Source: Burkholderiales bacterium (GTDB lineage: Bacteria > Pseudomonadota > Gammaproteobacteria > Burkholderiales > SG8-39). From it: DNA of 64,000 nt. Positions within the stretch are counted from its first letter, which is position 1; each line of letters starts with the position of its first letter. The notes below the pieces were generated by a model. It did not search any database, was not told where the DNA came from, and was given only the letters and a program-made list of their open reading frames with translations. The DNA is taken from positions 5,834-69,833 of the forward strand of contig DASXKY010000066.1 in assembly GCA_036496555.1 (NCBI GenBank), given 5' to 3'. Below are positions 27,916 through 35,849 of this stretch, in pieces. Position numbers and translations under genes: made by a program.

Positions 27916-29221
27916 GCTGCGGTGCGCGATCCTCGCTCTGGTTCTCGCCTGCGTTGCGGCGCCGGCCCGCGCGCAGTGGGAAGTCCGTTTCTGGCACACG
28001 ATGAGCGGCACGCCGCGCGCCGAGCTGGAAAGCCTGGTCGAGCGGTTCAACGCGGCGCAGGAAGACTACCGCGTGGTGCTTTCCTACAAGGGAAGCTACG
28101 ACGAGACGCTGGCGGCGGTCATGGCGACGCAGCGGCGCTGGTCGTGGACCGCGCCGCCGCACATCGTTCAGGTGCAGGAGGCCGCCACCGCGGGCATGCT
28201 CGCGCGGCGCGGCCTGGTGAAGCCGCTGTGGCAGGTGATGCAGGAGGCGGGCGAGTCGCTCGACGGCTACCTGCCGGCGGTGCAGGCGCCTTTCGCGGAC
28301 GCGGAAGGGCGGCTCCTCGCGCTGCCCTTCAGCGCCGCCACGCCGGTCCTCTATTTCAACCGCGACGCGCTGCGGCGGGCCAAGCTGCCGGCCGACGCGC
28401 CGGTGACGTGGTACCAGATGCCGGGGGTCCTCGCCGCGCTGTCGAGCGCCGGCTACGGCTGCGCCTATACCACCGCCTTCCCGTCGCTGCTGCTCGAGAG
28501 CATGAGCGCCTGGCACGACCAGCCCTTCGCCACCCACGCGAACGGCATGGCGCCGGGCGAGGCGCGCCTCGCCTTCAACAGCCGGCTGATGGTGCGCTGG
28601 GTCGCGACGCTCTCGACCTGGCGCCAGGCGGGCTACTTCAGCTACTCGGGTCGTGGCGACGAGGCGGAGGCGCGCTTCGCTTCAGGCGAGTGCGCGCTGC
28701 TCACCTCGAAGTCGACGAGCTACGCGGCGCTGCGCGCGCGCGCCAGCTTCGACCTCGGCGTGGCGCAGCTGCCCTACTACGACGACTTCGACGACGCGCC
28801 GCAGAACACGCTCGCCGCCGCCGCCGGGCTGTGGGTCCTCGCCGGCAAGCCGCCGGTGGAGTATCGCGGGGTGGCGCGCTTCTTCGCTTTCCTCGCGCAA
28901 CCGAACGTGCAGGCCGAGTGGCATCAGAAGACGGGCGAGATCCCGCTCACTTACGCCGCCTACGAGCTCACGCGCAAGCAGGGTTTCTACGCCGCCAACC
29001 CGGCGCAGGAGATCGCCGTGCGCCAGATCCTGCTCAAGCTGCCCACCGAAGACTCGCGCGGCATCCGCTTGCGCGGGCTGCCGCAGATCCGCGGCATCAT
29101 CAACGACGAGCTTGAGCAGGTGTGGGGCGGCCACAAGTCGGCGCTCGATGCGCTCAACGCGGCGGTGGCGCGCGGCAACGCTTTTCTAGAGGAGCGGGAA
29201 AAAGCCGACGTCGGGCAATGA
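27914..29221 (+). CDS. ABC-transporter extracellular solute-binding protein (UgpB-like), orphan
   Basis: Signal peptide MLRCAILALVLACVAAPARAQ. Family 1 solute-binding-like sequence (VRFWHTMSG...VLYFNRDAL). No permease or ATPase gene is adjacent. Confidence 0.75.
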   Translation: MLRCAILALVLACVAAPARAQWEVRFWHTMSGTPRAELESLVERFNAAQEDYRVVLSYKGSYDETLAAVMATQRRWSWTAPPHIVQVQEAATAGMLARRGLVKPLWQVMQEAGESLDGYLPAVQAPFADAEGRLLALPFSAATPVLYFNRDALRRAKLPADAPVTWYQMPGVLAALSSAGYGCAYTTAFPSLLLESMSAWHDQPFATHANGMAPGEARLAFNSRLMVRWVATLSTWRQAGYFSYSGRGDEAEARFASGECALLTSKSTSYAALRARASFDLGVAQLPYYDDFDDAPQNTLAAAAGLWVLAGKPPVEYRGVARFFAFLAQPNVQAEWHQKTGEIPLTYAAYELTRKQGFYAANPAQEIAVRQILLKLPTEDSRGIRLRGLPQIRGIINDELEQVWGGHKSALDALNAAVARGNAFLEEREKADVGQ

Positions 29222-29676
29222 GTCCCCGCCTTCTGCGCTGGGGCATGAACCTCTGGCCGCCGTTCCGCGGCGCCGGCATCCGTGTACGGCACATCGCTGA
29301 CGACTGGAGCGAGGCGCGCGTCGAGCTGCGCGAGGGCCTGTTCAACCGCAACTTCGTCGGCACGCATTACGGCGGCAGCCTGTTCTCGATGACCGACCCG
29401 TTCTACGCGCTGATGCTGATGCACCGCCTCGGCGGGCAATACCTGGTGTGGGACCAGGCAGCGAACATCGATTTCATCGCGCCGGGGCGCGGCAGGGTCG
29501 CCGCGGTCTTTTCGTTGAACGAAAAACGAGTAGAAGATATTCGCGAGCAAGCGGCCGCAGGGGAAAAGGTGCTGCCGCAATTCGACGTGGAAATAAGAGA
29601 CGAAGCGGGCCAGCTGGTGGCCCGCGTTCGCAAGACTTTGTACGTCAGATTGAAGCCGCGCTACCGGCCACAGTAG
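29218..29676 (+). CDS. DUF4442 / hotdog-fold thioesterase-like protein
   Basis: ATG 29218 overlaps the solute-binding protein stop (ATGA). Contains FVGTHYGGSLFSMTDPFYALML. 152 aa. Confidence 0.55.
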   Translation: MSPRLLRWGMNLWPPFRGAGIRVRHIADDWSEARVELREGLFNRNFVGTHYGGSLFSMTDPFYALMLMHRLGGQYLVWDQAANIDFIAPGRGRVAAVFSLNEKRVEDIREQAAAGEKVLPQFDVEIRDEAGQLVARVRKTLYVRLKPRYRPQ

Positions 29677-29679
29677 AGG

Positions 29680-30000
29680 CTATTTCGCGGTCTGCGGGTC
29701 GTGTTTCTGGCGGTAGATCTTGCGGCTCTGCGCGTTCTGCGCTTGATCGATCTTCTCGCGTTCTTTCTTCGTCACCTTGCCGTCGGCCTCGGCCTTGGTC
29801 TCCATCTTCTGCACGTGCGCCTGGCCCTTCTCGAGACGCTGCGACTCCTTCTGCGTGAGGGCGCCGGACTTCTCGCCCTGCTCGATGCGCCGCTGCTGGT
29901 TGGCCTCGCGCTGGTCGATGCGGCGCGTGTCCTGCGCCTGCGACGGCAGCCAGACGGTAGCGAGCGCGGCGGCGGCGACGAGTTTTGCGAAGTTCTTCAC
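29680..30000 (-). CDS. Small secreted Lys/Gln/Glu-rich hypothetical protein
   Basis: GTG 30000 with AAGGAGG 7 nt upstream. Signal peptide MKNFAKLVAAAALATVWLPSQAQ. No family recognised. Confidence 0.6.
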   Translation of the reverse strand: MKNFAKLVAAAALATVWLPSQAQDTRRIDQREANQQRRIEQGEKSGALTQKESQRLEKGQAHVQKMETKAEADGKVTKKEREKIDQAQNAQSRKIYRQKHDPQTAK

Positions 30001-30082
30001 GGTTCTGCCTCCTTGGTAGTGGACGACAGGCAGAACAACGCCGGGCGGGCAGCGGCGTTTACGGCGGAGTTGTTACTAATCG

Positions 30083-30604
30083 TTACTCGGCGAGGAGCTT
30101 GTCGATCGCGCCGGTCAGCTTCGGGTCGTTCGGCTCGATGCGGGTGGCGAAGCTCTCCACGCGCCGGCCGCTGCGGTCGACGAGGTATTTGTGGAAGTTC
30201 CACTTCGGCGCCTGGCCGCTCGCTTTCTCGAGGTCCGAGTAGAGCGGATTGGTCTTCAGGTCGGTCTTGGCGAACATCGGGAAATCGATGGCGTACTGGT
30301 TGACGCAGAACGCCGAGATCTCCTTGTTCGAGCCGGGCTCCTGGCCGCCGAAGTCGTTCATCGGGAAGCCGAGCACCACCAGGCCGCGGTCCTTGTACTT
30401 GCGATAGAGCGCCTCGAGCCCGTCGTATTGCGGGGTGTAGCCGCACTGGCTCGCGGTGTTGACCACGAGCACCACCTTACCGGAGTACTCGCAGAGCGAC
30501 TGCGGCTTGTCGAAGATGGTGTTCATGCTGCGGTCGAGCAGGCCGGGACAGCCAGCCATGGCGTTACCCGTGACGAGTAGGAAGCTAATAAGGAAGAGGC
30601 GCAT
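30083..30604 (-). CDS. Glutathione peroxidase (Cys-type, signal peptide)
   Basis: VVLVVNTASQCGYTPQY, LGFPMNDFGGQEPG and WNFHKYLVD motifs. Confidence 0.9.
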   Translation of the reverse strand: MRLFLISFLLVTGNAMAGCPGLLDRSMNTIFDKPQSLCEYSGKVVLVVNTASQCGYTPQYDGLEALYRKYKDRGLVVLGFPMNDFGGQEPGSNKEISAFCVNQYAIDFPMFAKTDLKTNPLYSDLEKASGQAPKWNFHKYLVDRSGRRVESFATRIEPNDPKLTGAIDKLLAE

Positions 30605-31955
30605 CGGGCTTGAGCGGCTGGAGCGCCGCGCGAAAATCCTTCTTGATCCGTTCCAGGGCGGAATTGGAGTCCGCTTCGAAGCGTAGCACGATCACCGGCG
30701 TGGTGTTGGAGGCGCGCGCCAGGCCGAAGCCGTCGGCGTACTCGACGCGCACGCCGTCGATGGTGAGGATGCGTCTGGCGCCGGGGAAGGGTCTGCTGGC
30801 CTGCAACTTGGCGACGAGAGCATGCGGCTCGCCTTCCTCGAGGTGCCAGTGCAGCTCGGGCGTGGATGGCGCATTGGGGAGCGACTTCAGCGTCTGCTGC
30901 GGATCCTTTTCGCGCGACAGGATCTCGAGCAGCCGCGCGCCGGCGTAGAGCGCGTCGTCGAAGCCGTACCAGCGCTCCTTGAAGAAGGTGTGGCCCGACA
31001 TCTCACCGGCGAGAAGCGCCCCGGTCTCTCTCAGCTTCGCCTTGATCAGCGAGTGGCCGGTCTTCCAGATGGTGGCGCGGCCGCCGTGGCGCGCGATCCA
31101 CGGCTCGAGCAGCCGCGTCGACTTGACGTCGTAGATGATCTCGGCGCCCGGATTGCGCGAGAGCACGTCCTTCGCGAACAGCATCAGCTGGCGGTCGGCG
31201 AAGACGATCTCGCCGTCCTTCGCTACCAGGCCGAGGCGGTCGCCGTCGCCGTCGAAGGCGAAGCCGAGCTCGCCGGACTTCTTCAGCGTGGCGATCAGGT
31301 CCTGCAGGTTCTTCGGCACCGATGGGTCCGGGTGATGGTTCGGGAAGCGCCCGTCGACTTCGCAGAACAGCTCGATGACCTCGCAGCCGAGCGCGCGATA
31401 GAGCCGCGGCGCCAGCATGCCGGCGACGCCGTTGCCGCAGTCGACGGCGATGTGCATCTTGCGCGCGAGCTTGACGTCGCCGGCAATTCGCTGCACGTAG
31501 GCGTCCAGAACGCTTGCGGCGCTGCGCTTGCCTTGGCCACTCGCGTACTGGTTTCTCTCAATTCTGTTTTTCAATCCCTGGATGTCATCGCCGTAGAGCG
31601 TCTCGCCGGCGACGACCAGCTTGAGGCCGTTGTAATCGGGCGGGTTGTGGCTGCCGGTGACCGACACGCAACTGCCGCAGCCGAGGTGGTGCGCGGCGAA
31701 GTAGGTGACCGGCGTCGGCGCCATGCCGATGTCGACGACGTCGGCGCCGGCAGCGTTGAGGCCGTCGGCGAGCGCGCCGGCGAGCTCGGGACCCGACAGG
31801 CGACCGTCGCGGCCGATGGCGAAAGTCGGCGCCCCTCTCTCCCGCGCCAGCGAGCCCAGGGCGCGGCCGATGTCGCGCACGATCGCCGGCGTGAGCGTCT
31901 TGCCGACGATGCCGCGGATGTCGTAGGTGCGGAAGATTTCTGCCGGAACGGTCAT
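30585..31955 (-). CDS. algC: Phosphomannomutase / phosphoglucomutase
   Basis: MTVPAEIFRTYDIRGIVG and the active-site VTGSHNPPDYNGLK. ATG 31955 overlaps the upstream hydrolase stop (ATGA). The track extension to 32873 is spurious. Confidence 0.9.
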   Translation of the reverse strand: MTVPAEIFRTYDIRGIVGKTLTPAIVRDIGRALGSLARERGAPTFAIGRDGRLSGPELAGALADGLNAAGADVVDIGMAPTPVTYFAAHHLGCGSCVSVTGSHNPPDYNGLKLVVAGETLYGDDIQGLKNRIERNQYASGQGKRSAASVLDAYVQRIAGDVKLARKMHIAVDCGNGVAGMLAPRLYRALGCEVIELFCEVDGRFPNHHPDPSVPKNLQDLIATLKKSGELGFAFDGDGDRLGLVAKDGEIVFADRQLMLFAKDVLSRNPGAEIIYDVKSTRLLEPWIARHGGRATIWKTGHSLIKAKLRETGALLAGEMSGHTFFKERWYGFDDALYAGARLLEILSREKDPQQTLKSLPNAPSTPELHWHLEEGEPHALVAKLQASRPFPGARRILTIDGVRVEYADGFGLARASNTTPVIVLRFEADSNSALERIKKDFRAALQPLKPDAPLPY

Positions 31956-32893
31956 GGTTGCTCGAAGAATTCGAAGAGCCGTTGCGGCAGCCAGGCGTGG
32001 CGGCCGGGAAACGGCCCGCTGAGAAAACCGGCGTGGCCGCCGTCTGCAGGAAATTCTAGCAGCAGCGCCGGCGCGGGCCGCTGCGCCGCGGCCTCGAGGG
32101 CATGCGCCGGAAGGAAGGGGTCGTTGCGCGCGTTGAGCACCAGGGTCGGCACGCGGATGCGCTCGAGGTACTGCCCGCTCGAGGCGCGCGACCAGTAGTC
32201 GTCGGTGTCGCGGAAGCCATGCAGCGGCGCGGTGACGAGATTGTCGAATTCGTAGAAGGTGAGTGCGCCGCGCAGCCGCGCCGCGTCGTACAGGCCCGGG
32301 AAGCGCTCGAGCTTGGCGAGCGACTTCGGCTTCAGGGTGGCGAGGAAGTGCCGCGTGTAGAGCAGGCGGTTGAAGCCGCGATCGAGCGCGCGTCCCGATG
32401 CCGCCAGGTCGAGCGGCGCCGACACCGCAGCGGCACGCCGCACTACGGCAGCCGCGGCCTCGCCGCGCTCGCCGAGCCATTTGAGGAGCGCATTGCCGCC
32501 GAGGGACACGCCGGCAGCGTAAAGCGGAATTTTGAAATTTCCGAGAATCCAGTCGACTTCCTCGCTGTCGCCCGAGTGATAGGCGCGCGGTCGCTCGTTC
32601 GGCTCGCCCGAGCAGCCGCGAAAGTGCGGGATGGCGACGCGCCAGCCGCGGTGCTCGCCGGCGTGGGCGAGCGCGCGCGCGTAGTGGCTGTCCGAGCCGC
32701 CCTCGAGGCCGTGGAACAGCACCAGCAGCCGCCCGGCGCCCGGGTCGCCGGCAAAATCGACGTCGACAAAGTCGCCGTCGGGCGTACGCCAGCGCTCGCG
32801 CTCGAATTGGACGCGCGGCGGCGGACGCAGCGACGGGTAGATGGACTGCAGGTGGCCGCCCGGCAGCCACCACGGCGCCTTATAGGGTTCCAC
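31952..32893 (-). CDS. Alpha/beta-fold hydrolase (YheT-like)
   Basis: LLVLFHGLEGGSDSHYA...AAGVSLGGNALL (nucleophile-elbow-like). 313 aa. Confidence 0.7.
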   Translation of the reverse strand: MEPYKAPWWLPGGHLQSIYPSLRPPPRVQFERERWRTPDGDFVDVDFAGDPGAGRLLVLFHGLEGGSDSHYARALAHAGEHRGWRVAIPHFRGCSGEPNERPRAYHSGDSEEVDWILGNFKIPLYAAGVSLGGNALLKWLGERGEAAAAVVRRAAAVSAPLDLAASGRALDRGFNRLLYTRHFLATLKPKSLAKLERFPGLYDAARLRGALTFYEFDNLVTAPLHGFRDTDDYWSRASSGQYLERIRVPTLVLNARNDPFLPAHALEAAAQRPAPALLLEFPADGGHAGFLSGPFPGRHAWLPQRLFEFFEQP

Positions 32894-32897
32894 GCGC

Positions 32898-33338
32898 CTA
32901 GTGAAGAATCTTGGGTGGGCCCTTGCGCGCCGGCGCGGCAGCCTCCGGCTGCGCCGGCGCGGGGGAGGCGTGGTGCACGAGCATGCGCCAGCCCGCCGCC
33001 GTGCGCAGGTACACGTTGGTGGCGAGGATCGTCGCGGTGGGCCGCGGATCGCCCTCGACGGTGAAGTTCTCGTGCACGCTGTGCACCGCCAGCATCATCG
33101 CGCTGATCGCCACCTGCTGCGACACGGTAACGCGCGCGCGCGGGCCGTTGGCGAAGAGGCGCGCCCAGCTCTCGCGCACCTCGTCCTGCCCCGACAGGCG
33201 CGTGCCGGCCGGATGCACGCAGACGATTTCCTCGTCCTCGGCCCAGACCGCCATCATGCCCTCCAGGTCGCCGCGCTCGAGCGCCTCGTAGAAGGCGTTC
33301 TCGGCGTCCTGCGCGGTGGGAAAGATCTTGCCGCTCAC
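32898..33338 (-). CDS. SnoaL-like / NTF2-fold (DUF4440-like) protein
   Basis: GTG 33338 overlaps the waaF stop (GTGA). Contains AENAFYEALERGDLEGMMAVWAEDEEIVCVHP. Confidence 0.6.
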   Translation of the reverse strand: MSGKIFPTAQDAENAFYEALERGDLEGMMAVWAEDEEIVCVHPAGTRLSGQDEVRESWARLFANGPRARVTVSQQVAISAMMLAVHSVHENFTVEGDPRPTATILATNVYLRTAAGWRMLVHHASPAPAQPEAAAPARKGPPKILH

Positions 33339-34306
33339 GCGGCGGCCTTGAGCTGGTCCAGCACCATCCCGACGCTCATCTCGCGCATGCACTTGAAATG
33401 CCCGAGAGGGCATTCTCTCTGGTAGCAAGGGCTGCACTCGACCCGCAGCCAGAGCACGCGGGCCGCAGCCGATCCCGGCGGCGTGTGCTGCGGGCTCGAC
33501 GAGCCGAACAGCGCCACCAGCGGCCGCCCGAGCGCCGCCGCGACGTGCATCAGCCCCGAATCGTTGCTCACCACGGCGCTCGCGCCCGCGATGAGCGCGA
33601 TGGCCTCGTCCAGCGTGGTCCCGCCCACCAGGTTGGTCCCTTCGATGCCAAGCGCCGACTGTACGTCGGCTGCCGAGCCAAGCGCTACCGCGGGCGCGCC
33701 CAGCTGCTGCGAGAGCGCGGCGAAATACGGCCAGCGCTTCGCCGGGCCGAATTCGGCGCCGGGGCACAGCGCGACATAGCGCCCGGGAACGCCGAATTTC
33801 TCACGCACGGCGGCGACTTCCTGCGGATCGACGCGCAACTGCGGGCGCGGCAGCGGCGTCGACGGCGGCGTTCCGGGGCGCTCGGAGAGCGCGGCGTAGA
33901 ACAGGCGCATGTCGGGGCGCTCGTCGCCCGCTTCCTTTCGGTAGAGAAGGTTGAGCAACCCATAGCGCGACTCGCCGATGTAGCCGCTGCGCAGCGGGAC
34001 GTCGGCGAAGAACGGCACCAGCGCCGACTTCCAGGTGTTCGGCAGCACGATTGCCTGGTCGTATCCACGGGCCTTCAGGCTGCGGCCGAGCCGCCAGCGC
34101 CGCCCGAGCTGCAGCTGCCCGTGGCGCAGCGGCGCGTCAAATACCTCGGCCACTTCAGGCATGCGGCGCACGACCGGCGCCACCCATTCGGGCGCGAGCA
34201 CATCGATGCGCAGCCCCGGCCGCTTCTCGTGCAGGCGCGCAAGCAGCGGCTGCGCCATCAGCGCGTCGCCGATCCAGTTCGGCGCGACGACGAGGATCCG
34301 CGGCAA
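33335..34306 (-). CDS. waaF: ADP-heptose--LPS heptosyltransferase II
   Basis: Close to E. coli WaaF throughout (ILVVAPNWIGDALMAQPL, LPNTWKSALVPFFA, CPGAEFGPAKRWP, NDSGLMHVAAALGRPLVALFG). Confidence 0.9.
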   Translation of the reverse strand: MPRILVVAPNWIGDALMAQPLLARLHEKRPGLRIDVLAPEWVAPVVRRMPEVAEVFDAPLRHGQLQLGRRWRLGRSLKARGYDQAIVLPNTWKSALVPFFADVPLRSGYIGESRYGLLNLLYRKEAGDERPDMRLFYAALSERPGTPPSTPLPRPQLRVDPQEVAAVREKFGVPGRYVALCPGAEFGPAKRWPYFAALSQQLGAPAVALGSAADVQSALGIEGTNLVGGTTLDEAIALIAGASAVVSNDSGLMHVAAALGRPLVALFGSSSPQHTPPGSAAARVLWLRVECSPCYQRECPLGHFKCMREMSVGMVLDQLKAAA

Positions 34307-34310
34307 AGGG

Positions 34311-34496
34311 CTAGTGCCCCCTGGGAGGAGCTCCGGTGTACACGTATTTCGTGCCGCAATAGGGGCACAGCGCCTCGCCCTCGTGCGCCACGTCGAGGAA
34401 TACGCGCGGGTGGCGCGCCCAGAGCGGCGCGCCGGGCAGCGGGCAGTGCAGCGGCAGGTCTTTCTCGGACACTTCGATCTTGCGCGGGTCGGCCAT
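34311..34496 (-). CDS. Zinc-finger (zf-CHCC-like) small protein
   Basis: 61 aa: LHCPLPG...ARHPRVFLDV...ALCPYCGTKY. ATG 34496 shares one base with the ilvE stop (TAATG). Confidence 0.65.
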   Translation of the reverse strand: MADPRKIEVSEKDLPLHCPLPGAPLWARHPRVFLDVAHEGEALCPYCGTKYVYTGAPPRGH

Positions 34497-35446
34497 TACT
34501 TCACCTTGGTGAGCCACTTGTGGCGCTTCTTGTCCTTGCCCGTGACGACGTCGAAGAACGCCTTCTGGATCGCCTTGGTGACCGGGCCGGCGCGCCCGGC
34601 GCCGATGACGCGGCCGTCGAGCTCGCGGATCGGCGTCACCTCGGCGGCGGTGCCGGTGAAGAAGCACTCGTCGGCGATGTAGATGTCGTCGCGCGTGAGG
34701 CGCTTGGAGATCACCTCGTAGCCGAGCTCCTCGGCCAGCTCGATCACCGAGCTGCGGGTGATCCCGGTGAGGGCCGAGGTGAGCTCGGGCTCGTATATTT
34801 TCCGATCTTTCACCACGAAAATATTTTCACCGGCCCCCTCGGCGACGAAGCCGTCGACGTCGAGCAACAGCCCTTCGTCGTAGCCGTGCTGCGTGGCCTC
34901 CAGCGTCGCCAGCACCGAGTTCGGATAAGTGCCCGACATCTTCGCGCGCGCCATGGTGACGTTGACGTGGTGGCGCGCGTAGGACGAGGTCTTGACGCGG
35001 ATGCCCTTCTCGAGCGCGTCAGGGCCGAGGTAGGCGCCCCAGGGCCACGCGGCGATGGCGACGTGCACCTTCGCGCCGACCGGCGAGACGCCCATCTTCT
35101 CAGAGCCGTAGAAGGCGATCGGCCGCAGGTAGCAGGCCTCGTGCTTGTTCGCCTTCACCACTTCGATCTGCGCCTTCATCAGCTGCTCGCGCGTGAACGG
35201 AATCTTCATCATGTAGATGTGCGCGGAGTTGAACAGGCGGTCGGTGTGCTCCTTCAGTCGGTAGACGGCGGTGCCGATCGCCGTCTTGTAGGCGCGCACC
35301 CCCTCGAACACGGCGAGGCCGTAGTGCAGCGAGTGGGTGAGCACGTGGGTGGTCGCGCTGCGCCAAGGCACCAGCTTGCCGTCGTACCAGATCCAGCCGT
35401 CGCGGTCCGCCATCGACAGGGGCGCTGCGGCGTTCTTCTTTGCCAT
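34496..35446 (-). CDS. ilvE: Branched-chain-amino-acid aminotransferase
   Basis: MADRDGWIWYDGKLVPW...HSLHYGLAVFEGVRAY...FFTGTAAEVTPIRELDGR. Start ATG 35446 (MAKKNAAAPLS). Confidence 0.9.
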   Translation of the reverse strand: MAKKNAAAPLSMADRDGWIWYDGKLVPWRSATTHVLTHSLHYGLAVFEGVRAYKTAIGTAVYRLKEHTDRLFNSAHIYMMKIPFTREQLMKAQIEVVKANKHEACYLRPIAFYGSEKMGVSPVGAKVHVAIAAWPWGAYLGPDALEKGIRVKTSSYARHHVNVTMARAKMSGTYPNSVLATLEATQHGYDEGLLLDVDGFVAEGAGENIFVVKDRKIYEPELTSALTGITRSSVIELAEELGYEVISKRLTRDDIYIADECFFTGTAAEVTPIRELDGRVIGAGRAGPVTKAIQKAFFDVVTGKDKKRHKWLTKVK

Positions 35447-35475
35447 CGAAACTTCTCCCGTGGTGGAGCGGCGAT

Positions 35476-35528
35476 TTGAACACAGGACGCGTCGGCATGC
35501 CATAATGATTAACATGGCGGTTAATCAT
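35476..35528 (+). promoter_or_regulatory. Putative arsR-family promoter (TTGAAC-N19-CATAAT) with overlapping 9-6-9 palindromic operator
   Basis: TTGAAC 35476-35481 and CATAAT 35501-35506. Perfect inverted repeat ATGATTAAC-ATGGCG-GTTAATCAT at 35505-35528, immediately before ATG 35529. Confidence 0.5.
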
Positions 35529-35831
35529 ATGGATGGGGTGTTCGAGGCGCTGGCCTCGCTGCCGCGGCGGCAGATGCTCGCGTTCCTGTCGCAGACCGCG
35601 CTCAGCACCGCCGAGCTCGCCGTGCGCTTCGGCATGAGCGCGCCGGCGGTGTCGCGCCACCTCGCGGTGCTGGCGCGCGCCGGGCTGGTCTCCGGCGAGC
35701 GCGAGGGCCAGCGGGTGCTCTACCGCCTCAACCGCGATGCGCTGCTCGGCGCGCTGGCGAGCCTGGCACACGAAGTCGACGGTCCGCTGCGCGGGCCGCC
35801 GCGCCGCGACCGGCCGCGCGAGGCGATTTAA
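35529..35831 (+). CDS. ArsR/SmtB-family transcriptional regulator
   Basis: MDGVFEALASLPRRQMLAFLSQTALSTAELAVRFGMSAPAVSRHLAVLARAGLV (wHTH). In-frame alternative ATGs at 35505 and 35514 lie inside the palindrome. Confidence 0.8.
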   Translation: MDGVFEALASLPRRQMLAFLSQTALSTAELAVRFGMSAPAVSRHLAVLARAGLVSGEREGQRVLYRLNRDALLGALASLAHEVDGPLRGPPRRDRPREAI

Positions 35832-35849
35832 AATCCTGTAACTCGACGC

